Source: an uncultured Gammaproteobacteria bacterium
Lineage (GTDB): Bacteria > Patescibacteriota > Patescibacteriia > JAHIZJ01
Direction of reading: 5' to 3'
DNA length: 64,000 nucleotides
Assembly (NCBI GenBank): GCA_964594455.1
Contig: CAZQLY010000002.1
Location: 3,819-67,818 of the forward strand
In this document: positions 47,582 through 56,927 of the stretch, piece after piece
Layout: every line of letters starts with the position of its first letter
How positions within the stretch are numbered: the first letter of the stretch is position 1
Notes under the pieces: model-generated
Database searches by the model: none
The model's input: only the letters and a program-made list of their open reading frames with translations
What the model was told of the DNA's origin: nothing
Translations under genes and position numbers: made by a program

Positions 47582-48289
47582 ATGAATACAATAAATGATT
47601 GGGGCGATGTACTAGTGTCTTCATTGCAGGATATTTGGAGTGGTTTTATTAAGTTTTTGCCTAGCTTGTTAGGAGCATTAATAATACTAATTCTAGGTTG
47701 GTATATTGCACTTGTTGTTGAAAAAGTTGTTGTACGTCTTCTAAAAATCGTTTGGATTGATAATGCTTTGAAAAGAATTGGTATTAAAGATGGTTTTGAA
47801 AAAGCTGGTATAAAGCTGAATATAGCTAAGGCTGGCGGATTTCTAGTGAAGTGGTTTCTTTTCATAGTGTTTATTATTGCAGCTTCAGAAATTATAAACT
47901 TGGGTCAAGTAACTGAGTTTTTAAATGGTGTTGTAGCTTATATTCCAAACGTAATAGTAGCTGTGATAATATTGTTGTTGGGTGTGGTATTTGCTAATTT
48001 TGCCCATCAAGTGGTCAAAAAAGCAGTTGAAGCAGCTGATCTGCTATCGGCAAACTTCTTAGCTAGTGTAGCCAAATGGGCTATACTAGTGTTCAGTATT
48101 CTAGCAGCATTAGTACAACTAAAAGTTGCAGCAAATCTCTTACAAATTCTGTTTACAGGATTTGTCGCGATGATTGCCTTAGCAGGCGGTTTATCGTTTG
48201 GATTAGGTGGACGTGAAAAAGCCAGAGAAGTATTAGATAAGATGAGTCGTGATTTATCTGATCGAAGTAGAAATAGAGAAGAAAATTAG
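47582..48289 (+). CDS. membrane protein with MscS-like TM-helix repeats
   Basis: 235 aa, four or five TM segments with a repeated W..I..I.IL.LG.....F...V pattern reminiscent of the conserved TM-helix repeat of small mechanosensitive-channel-like proteins. Confidence 0.55.
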   Translation: MNTINDWGDVLVSSLQDIWSGFIKFLPSLLGALIILILGWYIALVVEKVVVRLLKIVWIDNALKRIGIKDGFEKAGIKLNIAKAGGFLVKWFLFIVFIIAASEIINLGQVTEFLNGVVAYIPNVIVAVIILLLGVVFANFAHQVVKKAVEAADLLSANFLASVAKWAILVFSILAALVQLKVAANLLQILFTGFVAMIALAGGLSFGLGGREKAREVLDKMSRDLSDRSRNREEN

Positions 48290-48308
48290 TCTAGACTAAT
48301 AACAAAAG

Positions 48309-48334
48309 CAGCCTAGTAGTGTAGGCTGTTTTTG
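48309..48334 (+). terminator. rho-independent terminator
   Basis: cagccta-gtagtg-taggctg hairpin followed by TTTTT. Confidence 0.65.
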
Positions 48335-48541
48335 TATTAAATAAAGCCTACGTTGGGGGGCGGTAACGCAGGCTGAATAAGTTATCGACCTTAGCGATCA
48401 AGATTGCGTTCCCACCGAAGTGGAAGATTCATGACCGCCAGTATCCGCCAGCTTGGTAAATACTCCCCCAAGCTGGATTTTGAACGAACAGTGCACTTTA
48501 TATCAAAAAAAGACTCTTGTCAAAAGTCATTATAAAAAAAT

Positions 48542-48557
48542 TGTTCCACGTGAAACA
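48542..48557. promoter_or_regulatory. palindrome TGTTCCACGTGAAACA, copy 3 (one mismatch)
   Basis: 15 of 16 match to copies 1 and 2; preceded by TTGTCA (48517-48522). Confidence 0.45.
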
Positions 48558-48697
48558 TTATGGTGGACCAGGTCATTTGTAAATGACGTGGTGGACCCGA
48601 GGGGAGTCTCCGCCAGAGGCGCCTGCCTGCCGGCAAGGCGGGATCGGCCCTACTTAATTGTTCTAATATATGGTGGCGGAGAACACCAGCATTGAAC

Positions 48698-48773
48698 TGG
48701 TGGAGATGAGGGGACTCGAACCCCTAACCCCTTCCATGCCATGGAAGTGCTCTACCAATTGAGCCACATCCCC
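48698..48773 (-). tRNA. tRNA-Ala (anticodon GGC)
   Basis: reverse strand reads GGGGATGTGGCTCAATTGGTAGAGCACTTCCATGGCATGGAAGGGGTTAGGGGTTCGAGTCCCCTCATCTCCACCA; G3:U70 pair; encoded CCA. Confidence 0.85.
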
Positions 48774-48812
48774 ACGTATATTTGATTATAACTAAGTTAT
48801 TCAGAAAAGCAA

Positions 48813-49562
48813 TTATTTTTTACTAGGTTTGTATGGAGTAGCAGCTGACCAGGCCAAATTCCAGAGCTGCCGAAATGAATCGACTATTGGTTGGCTTTCG
48901 ATTATTAATCCATGAGGGTCGTCTCCAAAAGCAGCAAAAGATAATTTATTATCAAACAAAGCAGAATCAATTTTTATTGGAACGTCCTTAGGAAAAAATC
49001 TTATTTCATATCCTGGTCGGAATATTTTTTTAGCGTAAGCTTTATCTTCCGGTGTATCAGATAATAGATCAAAGGTTTTCTGTTTCTTATTGCTCAAAAC
49101 ATTTTCCGACCATTTAACGAAGTCAATATTTTTTTGGCCAATCTCTTTGATTGATCCCCAGAATCGGATTTCTCGGCTAGCAAATACTTCATTATAAATT
49201 GAGATCAATCCTTCATCACCTTCAAAGAATCTGATCGCGGGTTTTTTTGATTTGCGATTGTTAATTGCTTGTAAAAGAGGAAGGACTGTTTTCAAAGCCC
49301 GTTCTTGTTTGGCTACGAGGCCAAAAAGTTTTTTTGGTTCTTCAGCGCCGTATAAAGTTTTTTTACCTTTGATGACGGAATTAACTAATCCTTTTTCTTG
49401 TAAAGAATCCAAAATTAAATAGACGGTCGGTCTTTTAAGGCCAGCTTTTTTTGCTACACGTGAAACAGTATCTTGCCCTAGCTCCAAACAAGCCAAATAA
49501 ACAGCTGACTCCTTTTCGTTTAAGCCAATTGATTTAAGAGATGATTCTATTTCGAACGTCAT
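48813..49562 (-). CDS. TrmB-family transcriptional regulator
   Basis: N-terminal winged helix-turn-helix (LNEKESAVYLACLELGQDTVSRVAKKAGLKRPTVYLILDSLQEKGLV) as in TrmB sugar-responsive regulators; C-terminal ligand-binding-size domain. Confidence 0.7.
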   Translation of the reverse strand: MTFEIESSLKSIGLNEKESAVYLACLELGQDTVSRVAKKAGLKRPTVYLILDSLQEKGLVNSVIKGKKTLYGAEEPKKLFGLVAKQERALKTVLPLLQAINNRKSKKPAIRFFEGDEGLISIYNEVFASREIRFWGSIKEIGQKNIDFVKWSENVLSNKKQKTFDLLSDTPEDKAYAKKIFRPGYEIRFFPKDVPIKIDSALFDNKLSFAAFGDDPHGLIIESQPIVDSFRQLWNLAWSAATPYKPSKK

Positions 49563-49591
49563 ATATTAAGTATATATCATTTTGTAAATAG

Positions 49592-49608
49592 TGTCAATAA
49601 TAATGACA
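49592..49608. promoter_or_regulatory. inverted repeat TGTCA-N7-TGACA (site 1) in the divergent regulator/PEP-domain-gene intergenic region
   Basis: tgtcaataataatgaca. Confidence 0.45.
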
Positions 49609-49667
49609 ACAATTATACTATATATGATAAAAAACCTTTTAAATAAGCAAAATAATGAAAAAACAAA

Positions 49668-49707
49668 TGTCATCATCATTGACATGAATAAAATAATACG
49701 ATAATAT
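49668..49707 (+). promoter_or_regulatory. inverted repeat TGTCA-N7-TGACA (site 2) overlapping a sigma70-like promoter
   Basis: tgtcatcatcattgaca at 49668-49684; TTGACA (49679-49684), 17-nt spacer, TAATAT (49702-49707). Confidence 0.5.
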
Positions 49708-49738
49708 ACCCTGTCATTAAATATTGAGATGTAATTTT

Positions 49739-51169
49739 ATGGAAAAAATATTAATGGGATTGGGCACTAGCCCGGGCATAGTAAAAGGAAAAGTAAAAAT
49801 CGTTAAAGACGCCAAGAAACCAATTGATTTTGATGCAGGTGATATTCTGGTTACCCGCATCACTGATCCAACTATGATAATGATGATGAATAAGGCTGGA
49901 GCAATAGTTTGTGAGATTGGAGGTATTGCTTCTCATCCGTCGATTGTCAGTCGCGAGATGGGCATTCCTTGCGTAGTGGGGGTTGGCGGTGCGATGAAAA
50001 AGCTCAACGATGGAATGATGGTTGAAGTAGATGGTACGAAGGGGTTTGTTAGAGTTATTGAAGACAATAAAAGTAAAAATTATCCCAAATGGATTGATCA
50101 ATATACCAGATCAGTATATCGCCTTTACCAAGGTATGGACTTCCGTACGCTGGAACCGCTCGACGTCTTTCATTTTCATCCTTTATATAGTGATCTTTGG
50201 ATAGAAAGATTTATTAAAATTTTTGATAAGTTTAAACAGCTAAAATATTCTGTTAAAGACAAAATTAATTATTTCCCTGTCCCGTCTTCTATCAGAGCTA
50301 TGCTCTATTTCTTGATCCAACACCAAGAAAACTGTCGTCGACAAAAAATTAATTTTAATAAAGAAGGCTACAAGAAGGTTTTAGATTTTTGGCTAGAGGC
50401 TTTGAAAATTAAAATGTTAGATGATACTTTTGCTCAAAATAAAAACATTGGTCATTCAGCCGAACAAATTAATGACATGATTGCCTTGTTGCCCTGGCAA
50501 AAAGGCGCACCCGCAGCGTCGAGTCAATTGGGCCGGCTTTACTTAGCCTGCTCCAACTTGGTTAATGGTCTGATGAATGATTGGTGTACGGATTTTGGAA
50601 TTGAAGTTTGGGGACCTTATGATGTTTCGAAGTATTATGGACCGAACAGCATTTTAGTTATTCGTGAATTTCCCAATTTAAAACCTGAATCGCTTTGGCT
50701 CCACGCCAGGCAGTATCCGTATCGCCGGATTTTGATTTACTCTGTTTATAAGAATGTCGAATTAGATATTCAATATATTGGTTGTCATACCGTGTTCAAA
50801 GGCGATCTCAAGAAAGGTCTGGTCAAGTATGCCGTGGTTGCGGACGGCCAAGCGATTAATGACCCGGCAGAACTGGAAAAGATTATCCAAACATATTTAT
50901 CTGCAGCTCAGGAACAATACGTTTTGATAAAAAAGATGGATTTCGAAAATTTGAAACAGAAGATACTGGATCAAGAACACTACCAACTGTTTAATTTGTC
51001 TAAACTGGTTGGTATTGACTGGCTGCCAGATAAAACTATTAAAAGCCAGGTACGGGGCAAGCAGTTATTAAAAGACTTCTATCCTTTATCATATCCAGAT
51101 GATATTTCATTAGCAGAAGTATCTAGAATATTTGGCATTGATAGTTTAAAAAAACTGTATCAGGCTTAG
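49739..51169 (+). CDS. protein with an N-terminal PEP-utilising-enzyme mobile (phosphohistidine swivel) domain fused to an uncharacterised roughly 350-aa domain
   Basis: GGIASHPSIVSREMGIPCVVGV matches the phosphohistidine swivel-domain signature of PEP synthase/PPDK/rifampicin phosphotransferases; the remainder has no recognisable family; start trimmed to MEKILMGLG. Confidence 0.6.
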   Translation: MEKILMGLGTSPGIVKGKVKIVKDAKKPIDFDAGDILVTRITDPTMIMMMNKAGAIVCEIGGIASHPSIVSREMGIPCVVGVGGAMKKLNDGMMVEVDGTKGFVRVIEDNKSKNYPKWIDQYTRSVYRLYQGMDFRTLEPLDVFHFHPLYSDLWIERFIKIFDKFKQLKYSVKDKINYFPVPSSIRAMLYFLIQHQENCRRQKINFNKEGYKKVLDFWLEALKIKMLDDTFAQNKNIGHSAEQINDMIALLPWQKGAPAASSQLGRLYLACSNLVNGLMNDWCTDFGIEVWGPYDVSKYYGPNSILVIREFPNLKPESLWLHARQYPYRRILIYSVYKNVELDIQYIGCHTVFKGDLKKGLVKYAVVADGQAINDPAELEKIIQTYLSAAQEQYVLIKKMDFENLKQKILDQEHYQLFNLSKLVGIDWLPDKTIKSQVRGKQLLKDFYPLSYPDDISLAEVSRIFGIDSLKKLYQA

Positions 51170-51245
51170 TTGACTATATTTGTGTTTTTGTTAAGCTGAG
51201 CCTGAAACTTTTAACCGCAACCTTAACCTTAGCTGAGGAGGTAAT

Positions 51246-51494
51246 ATGGCTAAGGGTGTAGAGTCGAGGGTCAGGAGGGTTATTGTTGAACAGCTAGGTG
51301 TAGAACGCCAGAGGGTAACCCTTGAGGCCGACATCTTCAATGATCTGGGCGCTGACTCGCTTGATGGGGTAGAGATTCTCATGGCTCTCGAGGATGAGTT
51401 TGGCATCGAGATGCCCGACGATGAGGCTGAGGACCTAAGGACTGTTAGACTGATTGTCTGTGATATCCAAAAGAGGGTTGCTAGGAAGAGCTGA
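51246..51494 (+). CDS. acpP: acyl carrier protein
   Basis: [22 protein letters not shown] phosphopantetheine-attachment DSL motif; ribosome-binding GAGGAGG; about 55% GC. Confidence 0.75.
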   Translation: MAKGVESRVRRVIVEQLGVERQRVTLEADIFNDLGADSLDGVEILMALEDEFGIEMPDDEAEDLRTVRLIVCDIQKRVARKS

Positions 51495-51502
51495 TTCCAT
51501 AT

Positions 51503-51540
51503 AACGCTTAACCGGGGATACTGGTGAGCGTTCTTTTTTT
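51503..51540 (+). terminator. rho-independent terminator after acpP
   Basis: aacgct-N18-agcgtt stem followed by TTCTTTTTTT. Confidence 0.6.
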
Positions 51541-51604
51541 AACTAGACTTTTCTGACCGACTATTTTACAATAAAGAAACGTTTATCATTAATTATGAAA
51601 CAAT

Positions 51605-51928
51605 ATGGCTGAAGCAACTCTAACCGATCAAAACTTCGAAAAAGAAGTGCTCCAGGAAAAAACTCTCCCGGTATTAGTAGATTTTTGGGCTACCTGGTGT
51701 GGCCCCTGTAAGGCCTTAGCTCCGGTGATTGAAGAATTAGCCAAAGAGCAGGAAGGTAAGGTAAAGGTAGGAAAATTGGAAGTTGATCAAAATCCCCAAA
51801 CAGCCGGCAAATTCAACATCATGAGCATTCCCACGCTGGCCGTCTTTGTAAACGGTGAGCTGAAAAAGCAGATGGTTGGCCTGCAAACCAAAGAAAAAAT
51901 ATTGGAGGGTTTGAAAGATATTAAATAA
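51605..51928 (+). CDS. trxA: thioredoxin
   Basis: WATWCGPCK active site; 107 aa. Confidence 0.9.
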   Translation: MAEATLTDQNFEKEVLQEKTLPVLVDFWATWCGPCKALAPVIEELAKEQEGKVKVGKLEVDQNPQTAGKFNIMSIPTLAVFVNGELKKQMVGLQTKEKILEGLKDIK

Positions 51929-51987
51929 AAGCATCTTAAGCACGCTAGACATCGTCATAGTTATTGGCGTTGTGAGAGTGTGTTTGG

Positions 51988-53193
51988 TTGATGCAAAAAT
52001 ACATGCAGTTATCAAAACGCAGCCAGAAAATAGGTGACTCGCCTTTACGACTATTAAACGGTTTAGTCACTGAGGTTGAACAAAAGGGAATAAAGGTTCA
52101 CCGTCTTAATATAGGAGAGCCCGATGAGCAGCCTCCGGCTGAGGTTTTACAGTATTTTAAAAATATTGATCAGAAAAAAATTCCCTATGGTCCGTCATCC
52201 GGGTTGGATGAATTGAGAAAAGCCTGGTCAGAATATTTGGCTGGTTTGGGAGAGAAGGTTGATTATGAGAATATAATAATCACTACTGGAGCCAGCGAAG
52301 CTCTTCTGTTTTCTTTGACAGCCGTGGCTGATCCAGGAGATGAAGTGGTTATCTTTGAACCTTTCTATCCTAATTTTGCTTCGTTAGCAAAGATTCTTGG
52401 GATTGAATTAAAGGCTATCCCTTTTGAGCGGAACTCCGGTAGACTAATCCTGCCTTCAAGTGAAACTATAAAAAATGTAATCTCATCCCGGACTCGTGCT
52501 ATCCTGGTTGATAATCCCTCTAATCCAACTGGGGTTGTTTATTCAAAAGAAGAGCTTATCAGACTGTCTGACATTGCTCAGGAAAATAATTTGGCTTTGA
52601 TCGTTGACGAAGTTTACCGGGAGCTGGTTTATCAACGGTCTCATTTCAGCGTCCTTTCTTTGACGGAGTACAGTGATCGAATAATTGTTACAGACAGCAT
52701 TTCAAAAAGATTCAGCTTATGCGGTTTACGATTGGGCTGTGTTATTAGTCGCAATGAAGAAATTATTAAGACAATAGGCCGTTTTGCCCAGAGCCGTTTA
52801 TCAGCACCATTACTAAGCCAGGAATCAATCATACCCACTCTAAAGAATGCAGATGAATATATCAAATCGCTGAAAGAATCATTTGCTGAAAAACGCGAGA
52901 TAGTAAAAGATGGTTTATCCGGTTTAGATAAAGTAGAGGTTATTATTCCGGGTGGTGCTTTTTACGCCTTTATAAAAGCGCCTATTAGAAATAGTGAAGA
53001 TTTTGCGCGCTGGTTATTGACTGAATTTTCTTACGAAAGCCAGACTGTATTAGTGGCCCCCGGAACTGGTTTTTATCTCCAGCGCGAGTCGGGGCTTCAA
53101 GAGTTCCGAATAGCGTTTGTTCCCAGTGCGGAAGACCTAAAAAACGCGGTGGAAGTTTTGAGAAAAGGTTTGGAAGAGTATATAACTACATAA
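51988..53193 (+). CDS. class I/II pyridoxal-phosphate-dependent aminotransferase (aspartate aminotransferase-like)
   Basis: NIGEPD, NPSNPTG and SKRFSLCGLRLG (PLP-Lys region) motifs. Confidence 0.85.
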   Translation: MMQKYMQLSKRSQKIGDSPLRLLNGLVTEVEQKGIKVHRLNIGEPDEQPPAEVLQYFKNIDQKKIPYGPSSGLDELRKAWSEYLAGLGEKVDYENIIITTGASEALLFSLTAVADPGDEVVIFEPFYPNFASLAKILGIELKAIPFERNSGRLILPSSETIKNVISSRTRAILVDNPSNPTGVVYSKEELIRLSDIAQENNLALIVDEVYRELVYQRSHFSVLSLTEYSDRIIVTDSISKRFSLCGLRLGCVISRNEEIIKTIGRFAQSRLSAPLLSQESIIPTLKNADEYIKSLKESFAEKREIVKDGLSGLDKVEVIIPGGAFYAFIKAPIRNSEDFARWLLTEFSYESQTVLVAPGTGFYLQRESGLQEFRIAFVPSAEDLKNAVEVLRKGLEEYITT

Positions 53194-53204
53194 TATATAA
53201 ATAT

Positions 53205-54449
53205 ATGGCAAAAGCTAACCCATTTCAGAATGCCTTAAGGCAGTTGGAAAGAGCTGCCAAGGTAATCAATTTAAATAAAGATGTTTGGAATATATTAAAA
53301 ACCCCGATCCGTACTTTGCAGATTTCTATACCCGTGGTGATGGATGATGGCAAGGTAAAAGTATTTCATGGTTACAGAGTTCAGCATAATGATTCGCGTG
53401 GACCAACCAAAGGCGGTATCAGATATCATCCCGAAGCAGATATAAATGAAGTTAAGGCTCTGGCCATGCTGATGACTTGGAAATGCGCCTTGATGAATAT
53501 ACCTTATGGTGGAGCCAAAGGAGGTATAGTAGTTGATCCCAGAAAACTCAGTCACGGTGAGCTAGAAAGACTCACCCGTGGTTATGTTAGAGGTTTAAAC
53601 GGTTTTATTGGACCTAACCGTGATATTCCGGCACCAGATGTTTATACTAATCCTCAAATTATGGCTTGGATCATGGACGAAGCTAGTCGTATGACAGGAT
53701 ATAATGTTCCGGGAGTCGTTACGGGTAAACCAGTTGAAGTTGGCGGTAGTGTTGGCCGACAGTATGCTACGGCCCAGGGCGGTATTTATGTACTACAAGA
53801 AGTGTGCGGCTTGAAAGGAGTCAAATGCGATCGTTCCAGCCGAGTTGTCGTCCAAGGATTTGGCAACGCTGGAAGCTATGTGGCCAAGATGCTGCATCAG
53901 ATGAAATTCAAGATAGTGGGTTTGTCTGATTCTAAGGGCGCTATTTATGATCCCAAAGGTTTGGATCCAGCTCAAGTAGAAGCACATAAGGATGAAACTG
54001 GTTCAGTGGCGGGATATCCGGGCAGCAAGAAGTTAAGTAACAAACAATTACTAGAACAATCGTGTGATATTTTGATACCGGCCGCTCTTGATAATCAAAT
54101 CACTAGCCAAAACGCTAATCGAATTAAAGCCAAGATAATTTTGGAATTAGCCAATGGAGCAGTAACACCAGAAGCCGACGATAAACTAAACAAGAAAAAA
54201 GTGTTGGTGATCCCGGACACCCTTTCCAATGCTGGCGGCGTTACCGTATCTTATTTTGAATGGGTTCAAAATATGCAGCAGTTTTATTGGGAGGAAGAGG
54301 AAGTGTTAGAGCGATTAAAGAATATTATGCGCCGAGCCTTTCAGCAAACTTATGAAACCGCCGAATTGCATAAAGTGGATTTGAGAATGGGAGCCTATAT
54401 ATTAGCTGTTAGCAGGGTGGCTGAAGCAATTAAATTAAGGGGCTATTAA
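53205..54449 (+). CDS. gdhA: glutamate dehydrogenase
   Basis: Glu/Leu/Phe/Val dehydrogenase signatures (KGGIRYHP, PYGGAKGG, GFGNAGSY Rossmann). Confidence 0.9.
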   Translation: MAKANPFQNALRQLERAAKVINLNKDVWNILKTPIRTLQISIPVVMDDGKVKVFHGYRVQHNDSRGPTKGGIRYHPEADINEVKALAMLMTWKCALMNIPYGGAKGGIVVDPRKLSHGELERLTRGYVRGLNGFIGPNRDIPAPDVYTNPQIMAWIMDEASRMTGYNVPGVVTGKPVEVGGSVGRQYATAQGGIYVLQEVCGLKGVKCDRSSRVVVQGFGNAGSYVAKMLHQMKFKIVGLSDSKGAIYDPKGLDPAQVEAHKDETGSVAGYPGSKKLSNKQLLEQSCDILIPAALDNQITSQNANRIKAKIILELANGAVTPEADDKLNKKKVLVIPDTLSNAGGVTVSYFEWVQNMQQFYWEEEEVLERLKNIMRRAFQQTYETAELHKVDLRMGAYILAVSRVAEAIKLRGY

Positions 54450-54591
54450 GACAGAGACATCGAATAAATTACAAGCGGGTTCAAAACGAGCCCTCTTGTT
54501 TTAAACTTGCAAAAAAAGCGTATGAGGGCGTAAGATAGTTATCACGAAGTTCTTTTTATGATCGCAGAAGGACAGTAAGAGGAGGAGATGT

Positions 54592-55584
54592 ATGGAAGTT
54601 ACAGAAAGACTGAGCCTCTTGGAATTCCTGGCCGACGAACAATTAGCCAGCCAGGGAACAGGACGGTTTACCTCTGTGTTGATGAGCCTAATAACCGGAT
54701 GTGGTTTCGTCCACCGGCAAGTGAATGGGATTAGCTTGGGCAGAACTTGTGTGGCTACGGATCGGACCAACGTGCAAGGAGAAAGGGTCCACGCTCTAGA
54801 TGATTTGGCTAATACCACCCTGATACGCAATCTGCGTAGCTGTTCTGAGGTGGCGGGTATGGCCTCTGAAGAAGAGGAGGATGTTGTCCAAGGCAATGCC
54901 GGCGGGCGGTATCTGCTTACATTCGATCCGATGGATGGAGTGTCGAATATCGAGGTGAGCGTGGGCGTTGGAACCATCTTCAGCATCTTACTCCGACGCT
55001 TACAGTGTTGCCCGGTCAGCGCTGAGGAATTCTTCCAGCCGGGACGCAATATCCTGGCCGCCGGCTATGTTCTATACGGATCTAACACCAAACTGGTGAT
55101 CACCTTTGGTAACGGTGTTCATGAGTTTACGTTTGATCCAGGGTCAGGCAACTTCCTGCTCACTCGGAAGAAGATCACGCTCCCGGATAGGTGCCGCTGG
55201 TTCTCGGTCAACGAAGGCTATGAAAGCCTTTGGGATCATCGAGTCAGATCGATCGTGTCTGATCTGAAGCAGCCGGTTGATGGAAGGGTAGTGCGTTCCG
55301 GTCGGCATATCGGTTCGCTGGTAGCCGATTTTCATCGCAACCTAATCGACGGTGGAGTGTTCCTCTATCCTGCCAACAGTAAGCACCAGAACGGCAAGCT
55401 GCGACTTCTTTATGAAGCGAATCCTTTGGCTTTTGTCGTCGAACAGGCCGGTGGGTCTGCCAGCACTGGCCGAGGGAATGTTCTGGATGCTGTCCCCAGC
55501 GCACTGCATCAGAGAACACCGCTCTACATCGGCAACACGCTTGAAGTAGAGAGAATTGAGAGGGTGTTGAGTGTACTCGATTGA
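54592..55584 (+). CDS. fbp: fructose-1,6-bisphosphatase class 1
   Basis: DPMDGVSNIE metal-binding motif, GTIFSI, YVLYGSNT; ribosome-binding AGGAGG; about 55% GC. Confidence 0.85.
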   Translation: MEVTERLSLLEFLADEQLASQGTGRFTSVLMSLITGCGFVHRQVNGISLGRTCVATDRTNVQGERVHALDDLANTTLIRNLRSCSEVAGMASEEEEDVVQGNAGGRYLLTFDPMDGVSNIEVSVGVGTIFSILLRRLQCCPVSAEEFFQPGRNILAAGYVLYGSNTKLVITFGNGVHEFTFDPGSGNFLLTRKKITLPDRCRWFSVNEGYESLWDHRVRSIVSDLKQPVDGRVVRSGRHIGSLVADFHRNLIDGGVFLYPANSKHQNGKLRLLYEANPLAFVVEQAGGSASTGRGNVLDAVPSALHQRTPLYIGNTLEVERIERVLSVLD

Positions 55585-56264
55585 ACACACACAGGCTGAA
55601 CTGTCATAGTACAGGGAGGCCTGCTTTTTTTATTCAGATGGATTATAATGGAAGCATGACTAAACCCACTTGGCGTGAAGAAAAAAAATTACATTCCCAA
55701 GGCTATAAACATATTACTGGCTTAGATGAAGCAGGTCGGGGAGCTTGGGCCGGACCGATTGTAGCAGCGGCTGTTATCTTACCTTTTAATATTTCCATTC
55801 CGGCTCTGCGTGATTCAAAAATGCTGACTCCAAAAAGACGTGAGAGCCTCTTGTCATTGATAATAAAAAAGTCAGTTGATTGGAGTGTGGGCATAGTTGA
55901 TCAAACCACGATTGATGATTTCGGAATCAATTTTGCCAATGAGTTAGCGATGCGCAAGGCTGTGGCCAGGTTAACAGTTAAACCCGATTATTTACTAATT
56001 GATGCTTTTAAGCTCAAGCATACTGAACCCAGCCATTCGATCATTGGCGGAGATAAGAAAGTGATGTCGATAGCTGCTGCTTCAATAATTGCCAAAGTGG
56101 TTCGAGATCAGATACTTTCGACCGACCATAAAAAATTTCCTCAGTATGATTTCTATATTCATAAAGGTTATGGCACCAAACATCATCTTAAAATGTTGAA
56201 GAAGCACGGTGTTAGCGATTATCATCGTAAGAGCTACAAACCCGTCAAAGCGCTCATTGCCTAA
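55581..56264 (+). CDS. rnhB: ribonuclease HII
   Basis: GLDEAGRGAWAGPIVAAAV catalytic N-terminus; the start is probably a downstream ATG (MTKPTW). Confidence 0.85.
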   Translation: MNTHRLNCHSTGRPAFFIQMDYNGSMTKPTWREEKKLHSQGYKHITGLDEAGRGAWAGPIVAAAVILPFNISIPALRDSKMLTPKRRESLLSLIIKKSVDWSVGIVDQTTIDDFGINFANELAMRKAVARLTVKPDYLLIDAFKLKHTEPSHSIIGGDKKVMSIAAASIIAKVVRDQILSTDHKKFPQYDFYIHKGYGTKHHLKMLKKHGVSDYHRKSYKPVKALIA

Positions 56265-56305
56265 TTAAACTTTTTTTGGTATAATTAGATTACTAACAAA
56301 GAAAT

Positions 56306-56869
56306 ATGGTTGATCGAATACCCGGCGGTAACGAATTATTAGACCCGCAAAAGTTGATACAAAAAGCTGATATCCAGCCAATGATGAATGTGGCTGATTT
56401 GGGATGCGGCGGTAGTGGTATTTTTACTCTGCAGGCCGCTAAGAAAGTTGGCGACAAAGGCGTGGTTTATGCGGTAGATATTCTAAAATCGGTTTTAGCC
56501 AGTGTGGTGAGCAAGGCCAGGATGCAGGGAATCAATAATGTAAAAACGGTCTGGTCAAATTTAGAAATACTGGGTGCCACCAAGATTCCTAATGGTTCAT
56601 TGGACCGGGCCATGTTTATCAATACGTTGTTCCAATCCAAGAAACACAAAGAAATGCTCCATGAGGCCAAACGCATGATCAAGCGCGAAGGCATGTTATT
56701 GGTTGTTGACTGGAAACCTCGCGGAGCACCATTCGGACCACTGGAAAAAGATCGAGTTGCCCCAGAAAGAATCAAGGCAATTGCCAAGGATTTAGAATTC
56801 CAGCTATTGGAATCATTTGAAGCAGGCCCTTATCACTACGGATTCATATTTACTAAACCCAGCCCTTAG
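56306..56869 (+). CDS. class I SAM-dependent methyltransferase
   Basis: motif I VADLGCGGSG. Confidence 0.7.
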   Translation: MVDRIPGGNELLDPQKLIQKADIQPMMNVADLGCGGSGIFTLQAAKKVGDKGVVYAVDILKSVLASVVSKARMQGINNVKTVWSNLEILGATKIPNGSLDRAMFINTLFQSKKHKEMLHEAKRMIKREGMLLVVDWKPRGAPFGPLEKDRVAPERIKAIAKDLEFQLLESFEAGPYHYGFIFTKPSP

Positions 56870-56927
56870 GATATTTAACTAAGGTAAGTAAAAAAGACGG
56901 CTTTTCTGGAGAAAAGTTGTTTTTGTT

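Noticed and set aside
48453-48695. 80-aa ORF spanning operator copy 3 and the GC-rich hairpins
   Set aside because: It reads through a palindromic operator and strong secondary structure, has no ribosome-binding site, and its composition looks non-coding.
48295-48697. SRP RNA, tmRNA or RNase P RNA in the structured non-coding stretches (also 16600-17430 and 22140-22236)
   Set aside because: I looked for hallmark motifs (the SRP GGAAGCAGC-type domain IV, the tmRNA 5' GGGG...3' T-arm-ACCA, the RNase P AGGAAAGTCCGGGC) and saw none. These regions remain unexplained structured DNA rather than called ncRNAs.
54501-55049. 182-aa ORF antisense to fbp, and 55144-55590 - ORFs antisense to the fbp/rnhB junction
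   Set aside because: These are shadow frames in GC-rich DNA. fbp has clear class 1 FBPase motifs and a consensus ribosome-binding site on the + strand.
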